Source: an uncultured Gemmataceae bacterium
GTDB lineage: Bacteria > Planctomycetota > Planctomycetia > Gemmatales > Gemmataceae
DNA length: 64,000 nucleotides
NCBI GenBank assembly: GCA_963750165.1
Contig: CAVVPN010000003.1
Span: 1,696,001 to 1,760,000, forward strand
Direction of reading: 5' to 3'
The notes under the pieces are model-generated. The model was not told the origin of the DNA, made no database searches, and was given only the letters and a program-made list of their open reading frames with translations. Shown here one piece after another: positions 49,133 to 58,909 of this stretch. The position numbers were made by a program, and so were the translations under genes. Positions within the stretch are counted from its first letter, which is position 1. Each line of letters opens with the position of its first letter.

Positions 49133-49322
49133 GACGCCTCTCCATTCCCCCGCCGGAACTCGATCCGCCGACGTACCGCGGGTCGGGGCCTAAAGATGTG
49201 TATAAATTGATCTTAGTCTGCAATCGCCCAGCCGTCCAGAGAAACCGCGGCCGCCGCGCCGGCGATTTTTAATGTGGTCCTGTTCCGTGCCAACGGGTTT
49301 CGCCCGAAAATGAGAACCGTAC

Positions 49323-50318
49323 ATGAGTGCCACCGCTCCGCCACAGCGCCGCTATCACGCCTTCAGCCGCTTCCTGCGCGAGCGCTTCGGTGGCAAGGTG
49401 TACCGCGTCACCGTGGACGCCGGCTTCACCTGTCCCAACGTGGACGGCACCGTCGCCGTGGGCGGCTGCGTCTACTGCGACAATCGCAGTTTCAGCCCCA
49501 ATCGCCGGCTGCCGCGTGTCGGCATCGCCGAGCAGTTGCGCCGCGGCACCGCCGTGCTCCGCAAACTCTTCCGCGTCGAGCGCTTCATCGCCTACTTCCA
49601 GGCGGCGACCAACACGTACGCCCCGGTCGAGAAGTTGCGCCGCCTTTACGACGAGGCGCTGGCGTACCCGCAGGTGATCGGGCTGGCGGTCGGCACCCGG
49701 CCGGACGCGGTGCCTGACGAAGTGCTGGACCTGCTGACGGACTACGCCCGCCGTTGTTACGTGTGCCTGGAGCTGGGCCTGCAAAGCCGGCACGACCGCT
49801 CGCTGGACTGGATGAACCGCGGCCATCACTTCGACGCCTTCGTCGATGCGGTGCGCCGCAGCCAGGGTCGCGGCCTTGACCTGTGTACTCACGTCATTCT
49901 GGGGCTGCCCGGTGAGGATCGGCAGGACATGCTGGCCACGGCCGACGCGGTGGCGGCGCTGCCATTGCACGGCGTCAAGATTCACAATCTGCACGTGGTG
50001 CGCGACACGCCACTGGAGCAGATGTACCGAGCGGGGGCGGTGCGAATGCTGGAGCGGGCGGAGTATGTGGGGCTGGTGTGCGATTTCCTGGAGCGGCTGC
50101 CGCCGGAGATGGTGATTCATCGGCTCACCGGCGACGCGCCGCCGGACTACCTCGTGGCGCCGGCGTGGTGCCTGGACAAGCCCGGACTGATCCGCGACAT
50201 CGAGGCGGAACTGGAGCGGCGCGCCAGCTGGCAGGGCAAGCACTGGGCTGGCGCGGCGGGCGCCGTGGTGACGGAGTCCGCCGTGCCAGCCCGGGTGTCG
50301 TTACCGTTGGTGGATTGA
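49323..50318 (+). CDS. TIGR01212 (YhcC-like) radical SAM protein
   Basis: GFTCPNVDG...GGCVYC, YFQAATNTY, GTRPD, ELGLQS, NRGH, HVILGLPGE, GVKIHNL, IHRLTG. Confidence 0.93.
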   Translation: MSATAPPQRRYHAFSRFLRERFGGKVYRVTVDAGFTCPNVDGTVAVGGCVYCDNRSFSPNRRLPRVGIAEQLRRGTAVLRKLFRVERFIAYFQAATNTYAPVEKLRRLYDEALAYPQVIGLAVGTRPDAVPDEVLDLLTDYARRCYVCLELGLQSRHDRSLDWMNRGHHFDAFVDAVRRSQGRGLDLCTHVILGLPGEDRQDMLATADAVAALPLHGVKIHNLHVVRDTPLEQMYRAGAVRMLERAEYVGLVCDFLERLPPEMVIHRLTGDAPPDYLVAPAWCLDKPGLIRDIEAELERRASWQGKHWAGAAGAVVTESAVPARVSLPLVD

Positions 50319-50322
50319 TTTC

Positions 50323-50378
50323 GTGGGCAGGCTTTCCAGCCTGCCGTGTCGCTCGGCAGACTGGAAAGCCTGCCCCAC
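50323..50378. repeat. GTGG-type REP doublet
   Basis: GTGGGCAGGCTTTCCAGCCTGCC / GGCAGACTGGAAAGCCTGCCCCAC. Confidence 0.8.
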
Positions 50379-50389
50379 GAAAAGGGGCA

Positions 50390-50776
50390 TCAGCGCCCGT
50401 ACCAGTAACTCGGGGCCTGGTAGTAATAGCCAACGGGCCGCACGCCGGAGGGCGGCGCGGTCGGCGGCGCGGCGAAAGCCGGCGGCGGGTATTGCGGCGC
50501 ATACGCGCTGCTGGCCTGGGGCGCCGGCCAGTTCGGGAACTGGAAGCCGGTGGGCGACGGCACCGTGAAGTAGGCGTCGTAGGGGAAGTAGGTGTACCAG
50601 GGCGGCAGGTACGGTCGCGGGCCGGGGTAGGTGAGGTTGATGTAAGCCTTGATCCCAGCATCTACCTTGAACGGCGGGCAGAAGGGCAGTTGCAGTGGCG
50701 CGCCGTCGGCCGACGCCCGGGTGGGCAGTGCCAGCAGCGGCAGCCCCACCAGGGCCAGCCAGACCAGTCGTTTCAT
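50390..50776 (-). CDS. Secreted Pro/Tyr-rich hypothetical protein
   Basis: MKRLVWLALVGLPLLALPTRASA signal peptide; GAGGA RBS; ends QAPSYWYGR. Confidence 0.8.
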   Translation of the reverse strand: MKRLVWLALVGLPLLALPTRASADGAPLQLPFCPPFKVDAGIKAYINLTYPGPRPYLPPWYTYFPYDAYFTVPSPTGFQFPNWPAPQASSAYAPQYPPPAFAAPPTAPPSGVRPVGYYYQAPSYWYGR

Positions 50777-51027
50777 GGGGGTCGTCCTCGGGGTTCGCAC
50801 GATAGGAGCGGGAAGGCCGCCGGCGACCGCTCCAACGGTGCCGGCGCGTTTTGGCACACTCCACCATTGCCCGAGGAAGCCGCGACGGCCAGGGAAAACG
50901 GCCGCCTTACCGCGTCGCGACGGCGCCGCCACCGTCTCAGACGGTAGTAGTCGCGCAACCGGCGCGCGCAAACGGGCGTCCCGGGCAGGAACCCGGGACG
51001 CCGTGCGAGGCTTACTGGTATTGTGGT

Positions 51028-51630
51028 TTAGTAACCGTACCAGTAAGAGGGAACCTGCTGCCCGCCATACGAGTAGCCGTAGCCCTGGTAGTAGCCATAG
51101 CCCTGGTTATAGTTATAACCCTGGTTGTAGTTGTAACCCTGGTTGTAGTTGTACGGGTTCTGCTGTTCGTAGTTCTGCGTTGGGGCGTAGTAGCTCTGAC
51201 CCTGGTACTGGTAGACGGCCGGTTGGTAGCTGGAGTTGCCGTACCACGACATCTTGGGTTCCTCCTTCTTGCCGTTCGCGGGCACCTGCTGCGGCACCGG
51301 CGGCATGAAGGTCGGGGCCACGGTTCCCGGCACCGCGGGCGGCGGGTAGGCGCCGGCGACGGGGTAGCCGCCAGCGACGGGGTAGCCGCCGCCGCCGACG
51401 GGAGGAGGGGTGACGGTCCAGGCGTTGGCGTGCCAGCCCTGGGCCACGTCGGTCGGGTAGCCGGGCACCTGGCCGCCGCGGAACATGCCATAGAACGAAC
51501 TGTTGTTGGCGCCCTCGTAGGTCCAGCCCAGGCCGATGAACAGACTGCTCTTCGACCAGGCCGACGCCTGTTGCTGCGCCAGCAGCGCCACGCACAGGGC
51601 CGCCGCGCCCACAATCATAAACTTCTTCAC
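51028..51630 (-). CDS. Secreted Gly/Tyr/Gln-rich low-complexity protein with YNQGY repeats
   Basis: GTG start with GAGAGGAG RBS; signal peptide ending QASA; 18-nt repeats; ends QVPSYWYGY. Confidence 0.82.
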   Translation of the reverse strand: MKKFMIVGAAALCVALLAQQQASAWSKSSLFIGLGWTYEGANNSSFYGMFRGGQVPGYPTDVAQGWHANAWTVTPPPVGGGGYPVAGGYPVAGAYPPPAVPGTVAPTFMPPVPQQVPANGKKEEPKMSWYGNSSYQPAVYQYQGQSYYAPTQNYEQQNPYNYNQGYNYNQGYNYNQGYGYYQGYGYSYGGQQVPSYWYGY

Positions 51631-51962
51631 GGTCAAACTCCTCTCAATTAGGTTCCCGATCCGGCGACTACTCGCGTGTTGGTGAGAACCATCGTCACCG
51701 GGTTGTCTAATCTTTCCCCATGACAAACCCTGAGGCCAGGCAAAGGTGTACGGATTGGCGAAAAGATTCGGGCCGCGCGACGTTTTCCGCCGCAGGTCGT
51801 GCCAGGCCGGTGAAAATCTCGTGTTTGGCTCAAGTGGCCGCTTGCGTGCGGAAGGCGCGGCTGGCGCGGCTGGCAGATTGGACGGCTTTGTCGGCGCGAC
51901 CCGGAGAAGTGCTGTTGACGCGGCGACCCGACAGGTTTGCGCAGCTGCGCAGGGTTCACAAA

Positions 51963-52030
51963 GGCGAGCGGCGCGGCGTCAGCCCGCCGGTACGGTGAAG
52001 CACCGGCGGCCTGACGCCGCGCCGCTCGCC
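51963..52030. repeat. Palindromic REP-like element
   Basis: GGCGAGCGGCGCGGCGTCAG...CTGACGCCGCGCCGCTCGCC. Confidence 0.75.
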
Positions 52031-52036
52031 GGGAAC

Positions 52037-52723
52037 CTACTTCAGCTCGCGTACCTTGATGTTCTTGAAGTGAATCTCCGCTCCCTCGGATTGCAGGCCG
52101 AACGGCCCCTCGGTCAGCTCGCCCTTGCCGCTGCCGACGACGGCGCCGTTCACCTTGCTGGTGATGTTGCCATCCTGAAAGACGATCTCCGTTGTATTCC
52201 ATTCGCCAACCGGCTTGCGCGCCTTCTTCAATGCCGCCGCGTCGAACTTGTACGAACCCTTGGCGCCATTATTGATGGCGAAGATTCTGCCGTGTTCCTT
52301 GTTCTGCCCCTGGATTTCGACGCACTTCGGCCACACCTTGTGGGCGCCGGTGATGTGGGCCAGGTAACCGCTGTTGCCGCCGAACTTCTCATCGTCCGTG
52401 AGGTTGGCCGGCCGCTTGTACTTCCAGTCGAAACGCACGATGTAGTTCTTGAAGCTCTTGTCGGTGTAGAAGTAGCCGTTGGGCTTGCCGCTGCAGATGA
52501 TGACGCCGTTCTCGACACGCCAGGTCTTCGTGGACGACTTGAGCGGGTCGTCCCCCTTCTCGCCGTTCGCGAGGACGTACTTGAAGCCAGTCATGTCCTT
52601 GCCGTTGAACACGTCCTTGAAGCCTTCCTGGCCGCGGGCGGCGGGGACGTGGGGTGCCAGAGCCGCCAGGCCGACCGCCAGGGTCAGCACGGACAGCCAC
52701 CACCGGGCCAATGTGCGCGTCAT
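52037..52723 (-). CDS. DUF1080 / 3-keto-disaccharide hydrolase family, secreted
   Basis: FNGKDMTGF, WRVENG, GNSG, EIQ, GEWN, GLQSEG...FKNIKVREL. Confidence 0.92.
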   Translation of the reverse strand: MTRTLARWWLSVLTLAVGLAALAPHVPAARGQEGFKDVFNGKDMTGFKYVLANGEKGDDPLKSSTKTWRVENGVIICSGKPNGYFYTDKSFKNYIVRFDWKYKRPANLTDDEKFGGNSGYLAHITGAHKVWPKCVEIQGQNKEHGRIFAINNGAKGSYKFDAAALKKARKPVGEWNTTEIVFQDGNITSKVNGAVVGSGKGELTEGPFGLQSEGAEIHFKNIKVRELK

Positions 52724-52874
52724 CGATGCTCCTCCAGATGCTTCGCCGCCGCGGCCGTGAGCCCCCGTGGCCCCGGACGCGGCGCCGAGCCGATTGTATG
52801 GCCGGGGTTGCGGCGGAGCAACCGGCCTGGCGCGCCGCCAGGTTTGGAATGTGTAAAATTAATGATGAATTTTC

Positions 52875-52902
52875 TTGACCGCGGTCGCTAACTGAGTATA
52901 GT
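52875..52902 (+). promoter_or_regulatory. Sigma70-type promoter
   Basis: TTGACC-N16-TATAGT with an AT-rich upstream element in a GC-rich background. Confidence 0.75.
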
Positions 52903-52907
52903 AGGAA

Positions 52908-53465
52908 GTGTTTTGGCAAGACTTCTCTCGCTGAGGCACCGTGCCTCACGTCCACCTTAATTCAGGTCGCCGCGGCGGTTGAACTCTCGTCTTCATCCCG
53001 ACCGGCGGCCGCATCACGGTGCGCCACGGACGTTTCGAGAGAAGGTTCCCAAACGCGAGCCTGCTTGCGCTCGGATCTCGGCTCATACGGTCTCAGGTGC
53101 CCGGCGTGTGTCGCCGTCAAGACCGGAATCTCCGGCGGACCCTGAGGATCCTAACGACGCTTTCCAACCCGAGCGCAAGTGACCGCGGGCTCTCTTACCA
53201 AGGAGGTGCACCGGTCGATACTCTAAACGAGAGGATTGGCGGAGCCCGTCGCTCGGTTGGATTTCGGCTGGGACGACCTTGAGGCGCTGTCCGGCGCCCG
53301 CGCTGGACCCCCCTCTGGTCCCTGGAGTCATTTGCCCGATCGCGACCCCATACGACGGGTTTCCGGCTGCGAAGATGTCCCCTCAAACTCTAGGGGAACG
53401 TCGAATTTGCATTTCCCACATGGGAACAGTAACCCGTTTTCCAGACGAAAACGGGTTGCTGTTTT
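52908..53465 (+). ncRNA. Candidate large structured non-coding RNA or long attenuating leader (~560 nt), family not recognised
   Basis: Bounded by promoter and terminator; no credible ORF; many nested helices (52922-30/53036-44, 52948-53/53028-33, 53063-74/53169-80, 53092-97/53141-46 and others). Confidence 0.62.
53425..53465 (+). terminator. Intrinsic terminator
   Basis: AACAGTAACCCGTTTT-CCAGACG-AAAACGGGTTGCTGTT then TT. Confidence 0.7.
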
Positions 53466-53478
53466 ATGAGACGCCCTT

Positions 53479-55703
53479 GTGAGCACTCCCCTACCGCTCG
53501 TGAACACCTCACACCGCCTCCGCAAAACTGTCGGCCTGCACCTCGGCGCCGCCACCGCCAGCATTGCGCTGCTCGACGCCACCGACAGCGCCCTCCGCTT
53601 CGGCCAGGACGACCAGGGCCGCCGCACGTTCCCGCTGACCGGCGACCCGGACTTGAAGCAGGTCGTGCAACAACTCCGCATCGCCCTGGCGCAGGTGCTC
53701 GACGACCGCCGCTACGTGCTGGACGCGGCCGTGTTGACCATGTCGGCGGCGCACGATCAGGACCGGCAAGCGCAGTTGAAACAACTCGTGCAGGAAGCCG
53801 GACTGGAAGTGGTCGCCACGATGCCCGAGCCCTTCACCACCCTGGTGTATTACCACTGGGCAAGCGGCCACGGGAACGCCCTGTATCTGGTTGCCTTCGT
53901 TGACCGCGGCCAGTGCAGCGCGACGGTCGCGGGCATTCTCCACGACGATCTTACGACCCCAATCGGATGGGAGAACTACAAGATTGAGGACGGTTCGGTG
54001 TCGGACCGTGTCGTCGACTGCTGCTGGCAAGCGCTGAACGACGTGAGCGTGTCGCCGGCCGCCATTGATTACGTTCTGCTGGCCGGGAGTTCCGACCAAC
54101 TGGCCGCGGTGGCCGCGGCGCTGCGGGCCGCCTTCTGCGACCCGGCGCTGCCGGAACACACCGTCCACCCCGAGCCGTTGGTACACGAGCCCGAGCTGTG
54201 CGCCACCGCCGGCGCGGCCATCCACGGCGCCCGCCTTGGCACCCACTACCTGCTCGGCGACAGCGGCGGCGCCACCGCGGACGTTCATCTGACCAGCCCG
54301 CCGAACACGCGCGTGACCGCCCACGAACTGACCGGCATCGTCAACGGTTCGCCGCCGCTACCGGCTGGCTCCTCGCTGCTGGTGCAGGCGCTGGCGACGG
54401 GCCTCGTGGAAGAAGCGTTTCTCGACGAACAGGGCGCCTTCCGCCAGGCGCTGGAGTTAACGCCCGACAGCGACAACGGTTTCCTGCTGACGCTGTGCGA
54501 CGACCTCGGCCGCGAGCTGGCGACGCTGCCGGCCACGGTCCGCCACAGCACGCAGGAGCGCCGCCTGGGCCAGACGGTTGCGGCCACCGAGGTGGTGACG
54601 CGGCCACTGCAAATTGAGGTGCTCGACCAGCGGCGGCGGCGCGTGCGGCAGACGCTGGCCCCGGTGGGCGCGACGCTGCCGAACACCTTCGCCTGCATCT
54701 GCCGCACCACCGACCAGGCCGGCCGCGTGGTCGTGCCGCTGTACGAGGACAACCGGTTGCTGCAGCGCGTGGTGGTCGGCGACCTGGACCCGACGCTGCC
54801 GGTCGGCGTACCGGTCGAACTTGAGTTGCAGGTGGACGCCGCCCATGCCCTGCGCCTCAAGGTGACCGTGCGCCACGCCGGCCGCATGGAAACCGTCACC
54901 CTGGCCGCGACGCCGCCGCCGAAACTGCCGACGAGCCAGGAAATCGACACCCTCCGCAAAGAAATCGAGACGGAGCTGACCCAGTTCACCGGCATCTTCC
55001 ACACGCGCAACCGCGAGCAGCTGACCCGCCTGCTCGGCGAGCTGGACGCAGCGCTGCAACGTCACGACGAGTCGGCGGCGCTGGAGCACGCCGCGGCACT
55101 GCGCGAGTTGCGTCAGGTGGTGCTGGGGGCGCGGTCGCAGGTGCTGGAGCCGCCCTGGCAGCGCTTCGCCCAGCTGGTCCGCCAGTGCCTGATTCAGGCG
55201 GGCAACGTCGCCGAGCGCACCGGCCGCTCACGCGAGGAACTGTTTGAACAGGTGTACGCCCAGGAACGCTACGCCGAGCAGGCGTACGCGGAGAAGAACC
55301 AGACGTTGTACCGCGAGTGCTTCGAGAACCTGAGCAAGTTCGCCGCGTACCTGGATCAGCTGGGCAACGACTTTTCACCCGGGGCGGCGGCGCGTGGGCG
55401 CGCAAGGTGCCGACGACGCTGGAGGTGCGCCGCGACGCCCGTCAGGTGACGCTGGAGTTGCAGGCACTGCTGCAGCGTGCGCAGGCGCAAGGACGGGCCG
55501 ATTTGAGCGAACAACTGGAGCAGATGTTGCGCATCGCGGCAAACGCGGACGACCGCGCCGCCCGCGACCCCGGCGGCGGCCAGCGCGACCTGGAACGGCT
55601 GCGCCAGGAGGCGGCACGGGTGGAGCAGGCGCTAACCGGCGTCCGGCTCAACACCCCGGATGACGACGAGGGAATGCTTGAAGGAACGGTTGAGGCGCGG
55701 TAG
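53479..55703 (+). CDS. Degenerate Hsp70-like protein; 1-bp frameshift at ~55372-55410
   Basis: VGLHLGAATASIA (phosphate-1 remnant), MPEPFTT, IDYVLLAGSS, PELCATAGAAI, SBD-like VVVPLYED...ELQVD; helical tail continues in ORF 55317..55703. Confidence 0.72.
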
Positions 55704-55723
55704 TTTGGGCTAGGGCGCCCCAT

Positions 55724-55776
55724 CAGCCCGAAGCGCAAGCGAGGGTTGCAGCAACCCTCGTTTGCGCTTCGGGCTG
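55724..55776. repeat. AGCCCGAAGCGCAAGCG-type REP palindrome
   Basis: CAGCCCGAAGCGCAAGCGAGGGTTGC / GCAACCCTCGTTTGCGCTTCGGGCTG. Confidence 0.8.
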
Positions 55777-55808
55777 GTAGGGGTGTCGAGTCTCGATAAG
55801 GGTCACCG

Positions 55809-58496
55809 ATGAATGTCGCGTCCATACTGCTCTACGCTGCCCTGGGCGGGGCCGTGGTCCTGCTCGTGGGGGCCGCGGTGGCGCTCTGGTTGATCTTCGG
55901 CGCCGGGCCGCAGCGCAGCCGGGGCTACCGGCGCGGTCAGCGGCTGCTGCGCGAGGGCAACTGGCACGAGGCATTGCAAACCGTCCACACCTATCAGGTG
56001 CCCGGTCTGTCGCCACTGTGGCAAGGTCGGCTGCGGTCGCTGGAGGGCGAGTGCTACCGGGCCGCCGGCATCGCCGCCGTCAAGGGTCAGGACTACGAAA
56101 AGGGCCTCGACTATCATCTGCACGCCGCCGAGCTGCTGGCGCTCAACTCGGTCGAGGCGCGCGGCACCGTCATCGAGTCCATGCTGAGCGAGGTCCGCCG
56201 CCGCTTCGCCGCCGGCGACACCTCCGCCGCGCAGGCACTGGTGTCGCGCACGCTCCTGCTGCAATCGCCGTGCGCCGAGGCGTCGTTCTGGCAGGGCCTG
56301 TGTCACCTGCACGCCGGCAACGTCGAGTTGGCCCAGGCGGCGCTGCTGACGGCGCGCGGCGAGACGCCGACCCTGCTGGACCCGTCGCTGTACCTGGGCG
56401 GCACACTGCTGAAAGCGGGCCAGGCCAAGGAATCGCTGCGCTACCTGACCGAGGCCAACCGGCTCGACAGCAACTGCCCGCTGGTGGCGCTGTCGCTGGG
56501 CACGGCCATCATCACCGCTGGCGGCGACGTGCAGATCGCCAACCGCGCCCTGCAAAAAGCGCTGGGGCCGCGCGGCCTGCTGCAATACGCGGCGGCGCCG
56601 CAGCGGCTGTGGGCGGAGGGTTTTCCCGAGGGCCGCTCCTACGTCCGCCGGCTAGCGCAGAAGTACCCATTCACCGACCCGGTCTGGGGCGGCGACGTGA
56701 CCCAGATCATCCGCGACGGCAACGCGGCGCTGGCGCAGGGCCTGTACCGTCAGGGCAACTTCCAGGATGCAGCAGACCTGTACGGCCGGCTGCTACAGGA
56801 ATCGGCACCGACGGCGCCGGTGCTGCGCGGCCTCGGCCTGGCGCTGACGCGGCTGGAGCGCTATGACCAGGCGTTCAAGCACTTGAAGGCCGCCTACGAG
56901 ATCGAGCAGGGCCGTGAACGCTGGACCGCCGGTTACCTGGCCCTGTGTGGAGCGAAGGGCAAGCCGAGCCGGCCGGAGGACAAGGAGCGCAACGTCGCCT
57001 GGGCGGTGCGCGTTGTCTGCGCCTTCCAGGCCCCCGGCGATACGGAGTGGGCGAACCTCATCAGCCAGATCTTCGCCGAGGCCCGGCAGTGTGGCGTGGC
57101 GCTGCCGGTGGAGGATCAGCTGTACCTGTGCGATCACCTGGCGTCGGTAAGTGCCATCGACCCGCTGGCGGCGGAGGCGTACCACTGGCTGGCGGTGACT
57201 CACCCCGAGGCGCTGCGGTCGCAGCACGCCTGGCTCTACAGCCGGGCGGCGCACCAGCACGGCGTCAGCGGCCCGCGCGCCGCCGACCTGTTCGCGCGCA
57301 CCTTCGCCGAGCAGGACGAGGCACGCGTCTTCTACCGTCAACTTGGCTGGGACTTCGACGACCTGGAGTACGCCTTCCTGGAGCGCGCGGCAGCGACGCA
57401 CCCGGGGCAGTTCCCGGCAGTGCTCGGGCTGGACTATCCGCCGCGCGGCGAACAGAGTTTGCTGGAGCGGTCGCAGAGGCAGGAGCAGGCCGGTCAGAAG
57501 GAGCAGGCGCTGGCGACCGCGGAGGTGCTGGTGCGGCTGGCGCCCGGCAGCGGCCGCGCTCACGACCGCGTGGCCCAGATGTACCACCGCCTCGGCAAGT
57601 CCGAGAGCGCCCTGGCTCACCTGCATCAGTGGCGGCTGCTGGAGGCCAGCAATCCGCTGCCGCCGCTGCGTCTGGCGATCCTGAGTCAGAACCTCGGCCA
57701 GCAGGACGCCGCTCAGCAGAATCTCCGCCGGGCGCTGGCGTTGACCGACGGCACCCGCCGGGCGGACCTGGCGCTGCTCGGTGCACGGCTGGCGCTGCTG
57801 GCGGCAAAGGACCAGCTCGCCGGCGCGGCGCCGGCCTTGCAGACGGCGCTGGAACTGCTCGACATCTGTCTTCACGAGGACGAGCAGAACCCGCAGGCGC
57901 TGTGGCTGCTGGCGGCGGTGAAGGCGGTGCTCGGCGACCGCGACGGGCTGGCGCAACTGGCGCCGCGGATGAAGCGGCAGGACGTGGACGACCCGCGCTT
58001 CCAGTTCCTGGCGGCGGTGTGTTTGCTGGCGGCTGGCGACTACCCGGCGGTGCTGGAGGCGTGCGGCCGGGCGGCCCAGGACGCGGCGCTGGCGGTGGAG
58101 TGCTCGTACCTGGTCGGCTGGGCGCAGCTGTTGCGGCACGAGATCGCCGCGGCGACGGAGGCGTTCCGCGTCGTCGCCCGGGTCAAGGACAGCGCCTCGG
58201 CGGCGCACGCGCAGGCGCTGCTCGGGGCCATCCGCTTCCACGAGGGCGGTTACGAGGAGGCGATTCACTGGTGGCAGAGCCTGGACGCGGAGCGGCGTGC
58301 CGACTGGAAGTTCGCGGAGCCGTTGCAGGCGACGGTGTGGCTGGCGGCGCTGAAGGCGCTGCAGTCGGGGCGGTACGAGAACGCAGCGGAGCGGCTGCGC
58401 GAGGCGGGCAAGCTCGGCTGGCGCGACCGCCGGCTGGGGCCATTACTGAGCTTCGCGCTGGTCAAGGCGGGGCAGCAGTTGTTGTACCGGAAATGA
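55809..58496 (+). CDS. Large TPR protein with N-terminal membrane anchor
   Basis: ILLYAALGGAVVLLVGAAVALWLIF followed by basic residues; many TPR-like units (e.g. LAQGLYRQGNFQDAADLY, LGLALTRLERYDQAFKHL). Confidence 0.85.
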   Translation: MNVASILLYAALGGAVVLLVGAAVALWLIFGAGPQRSRGYRRGQRLLREGNWHEALQTVHTYQVPGLSPLWQGRLRSLEGECYRAAGIAAVKGQDYEKGLDYHLHAAELLALNSVEARGTVIESMLSEVRRRFAAGDTSAAQALVSRTLLLQSPCAEASFWQGLCHLHAGNVELAQAALLTARGETPTLLDPSLYLGGTLLKAGQAKESLRYLTEANRLDSNCPLVALSLGTAIITAGGDVQIANRALQKALGPRGLLQYAAAPQRLWAEGFPEGRSYVRRLAQKYPFTDPVWGGDVTQIIRDGNAALAQGLYRQGNFQDAADLYGRLLQESAPTAPVLRGLGLALTRLERYDQAFKHLKAAYEIEQGRERWTAGYLALCGAKGKPSRPEDKERNVAWAVRVVCAFQAPGDTEWANLISQIFAEARQCGVALPVEDQLYLCDHLASVSAIDPLAAEAYHWLAVTHPEALRSQHAWLYSRAAHQHGVSGPRAADLFARTFAEQDEARVFYRQLGWDFDDLEYAFLERAAATHPGQFPAVLGLDYPPRGEQSLLERSQRQEQAGQKEQALATAEVLVRLAPGSGRAHDRVAQMYHRLGKSESALAHLHQWRLLEASNPLPPLRLAILSQNLGQQDAAQQNLRRALALTDGTRRADLALLGARLALLAAKDQLAGAAPALQTALELLDICLHEDEQNPQALWLLAAVKAVLGDRDGLAQLAPRMKRQDVDDPRFQFLAAVCLLAAGDYPAVLEACGRAAQDAALAVECSYLVGWAQLLRHEIAAATEAFRVVARVKDSASAAHAQALLGAIRFHEGGYEEAIHWWQSLDAERRADWKFAEPLQATVWLAALKALQSGRYENAAERLREAGKLGWRDRRLGPLLSFALVKAGQQLLYRK

Positions 58497-58909
58497 GAGG
58501 GCCAGGAGGGGGTCCGTGGGGCAAAAATCCGACGCAGACGGGTGGACAGGGGCGAAGCCCTGTTGCCCGGGTCGGTACCGCCCGACCCGGCACCACGGAA
58601 GTCGCTTTAGCCGACCTCCATCCTCTGCACGCGGTGCCCCGGCCGGAAAAACCGGCAAACCATATTCCGGATCTGGCAAAGACCATCAGGGCGAACGGCT
58701 ATGATGTAGGAAGGGCCATTCTCGCGGCCCGGATGCCGGACGGACGGTTGGTGCAACTGGGGGGACATCATCGTGCGGAGGCCAGGCGACAACTCGGCGA
58801 GACGATTGTCCCCACCCGGGTCGTGGATTGGACCGCTCTGTCCCCAAAGATTCAGGCCTGGTGGCGTCAGCGGTTCCCGAATTTTCCTTGGGGAGATTTC
58901 CTGACATGA
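58493..58909 (+). CDS. ParB/Srx N-terminal-like domain protein (138 aa)
   Basis: LAKTIRANGY...LVQLGGHHRAEARRQLG...VPTRVV; ATGA overlaps at both ends. Confidence 0.72.
   Translation: MRGPGGGPWGKNPTQTGGQGRSPVARVGTARPGTTEVALADLHPLHAVPRPEKPANHIPDLAKTIRANGYDVGRAILAARMPDGRLVQLGGHHRAEARRQLGETIVPTRVVDWTALSPKIQAWWRQRFPNFPWGDFLT

Noticed and set aside
52908..53465. Assignment of the structured region to RNase P, tmRNA, SRP, 6S, cobalamin riboswitch or group II intron
   Set aside because: I could not find GAGGAAAGTCC, a tRNA-like end with CCA, the SRP helix-8 motif, a B12 box or domain V on either strand; an Rfam search is still required
52979..53482. Short ORFs (63-87 aa) in the structured intergenic region
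   Set aside because: No RBS-start pairing, atypical codon usage, mutually overlapping, and no recognisable motifs
56945..58492. N-terminal 516 aa of ORF 56945..58909
   Set aside because: An alternative frame of the TPR gene; only the part from ATG 58493 looks like real protein
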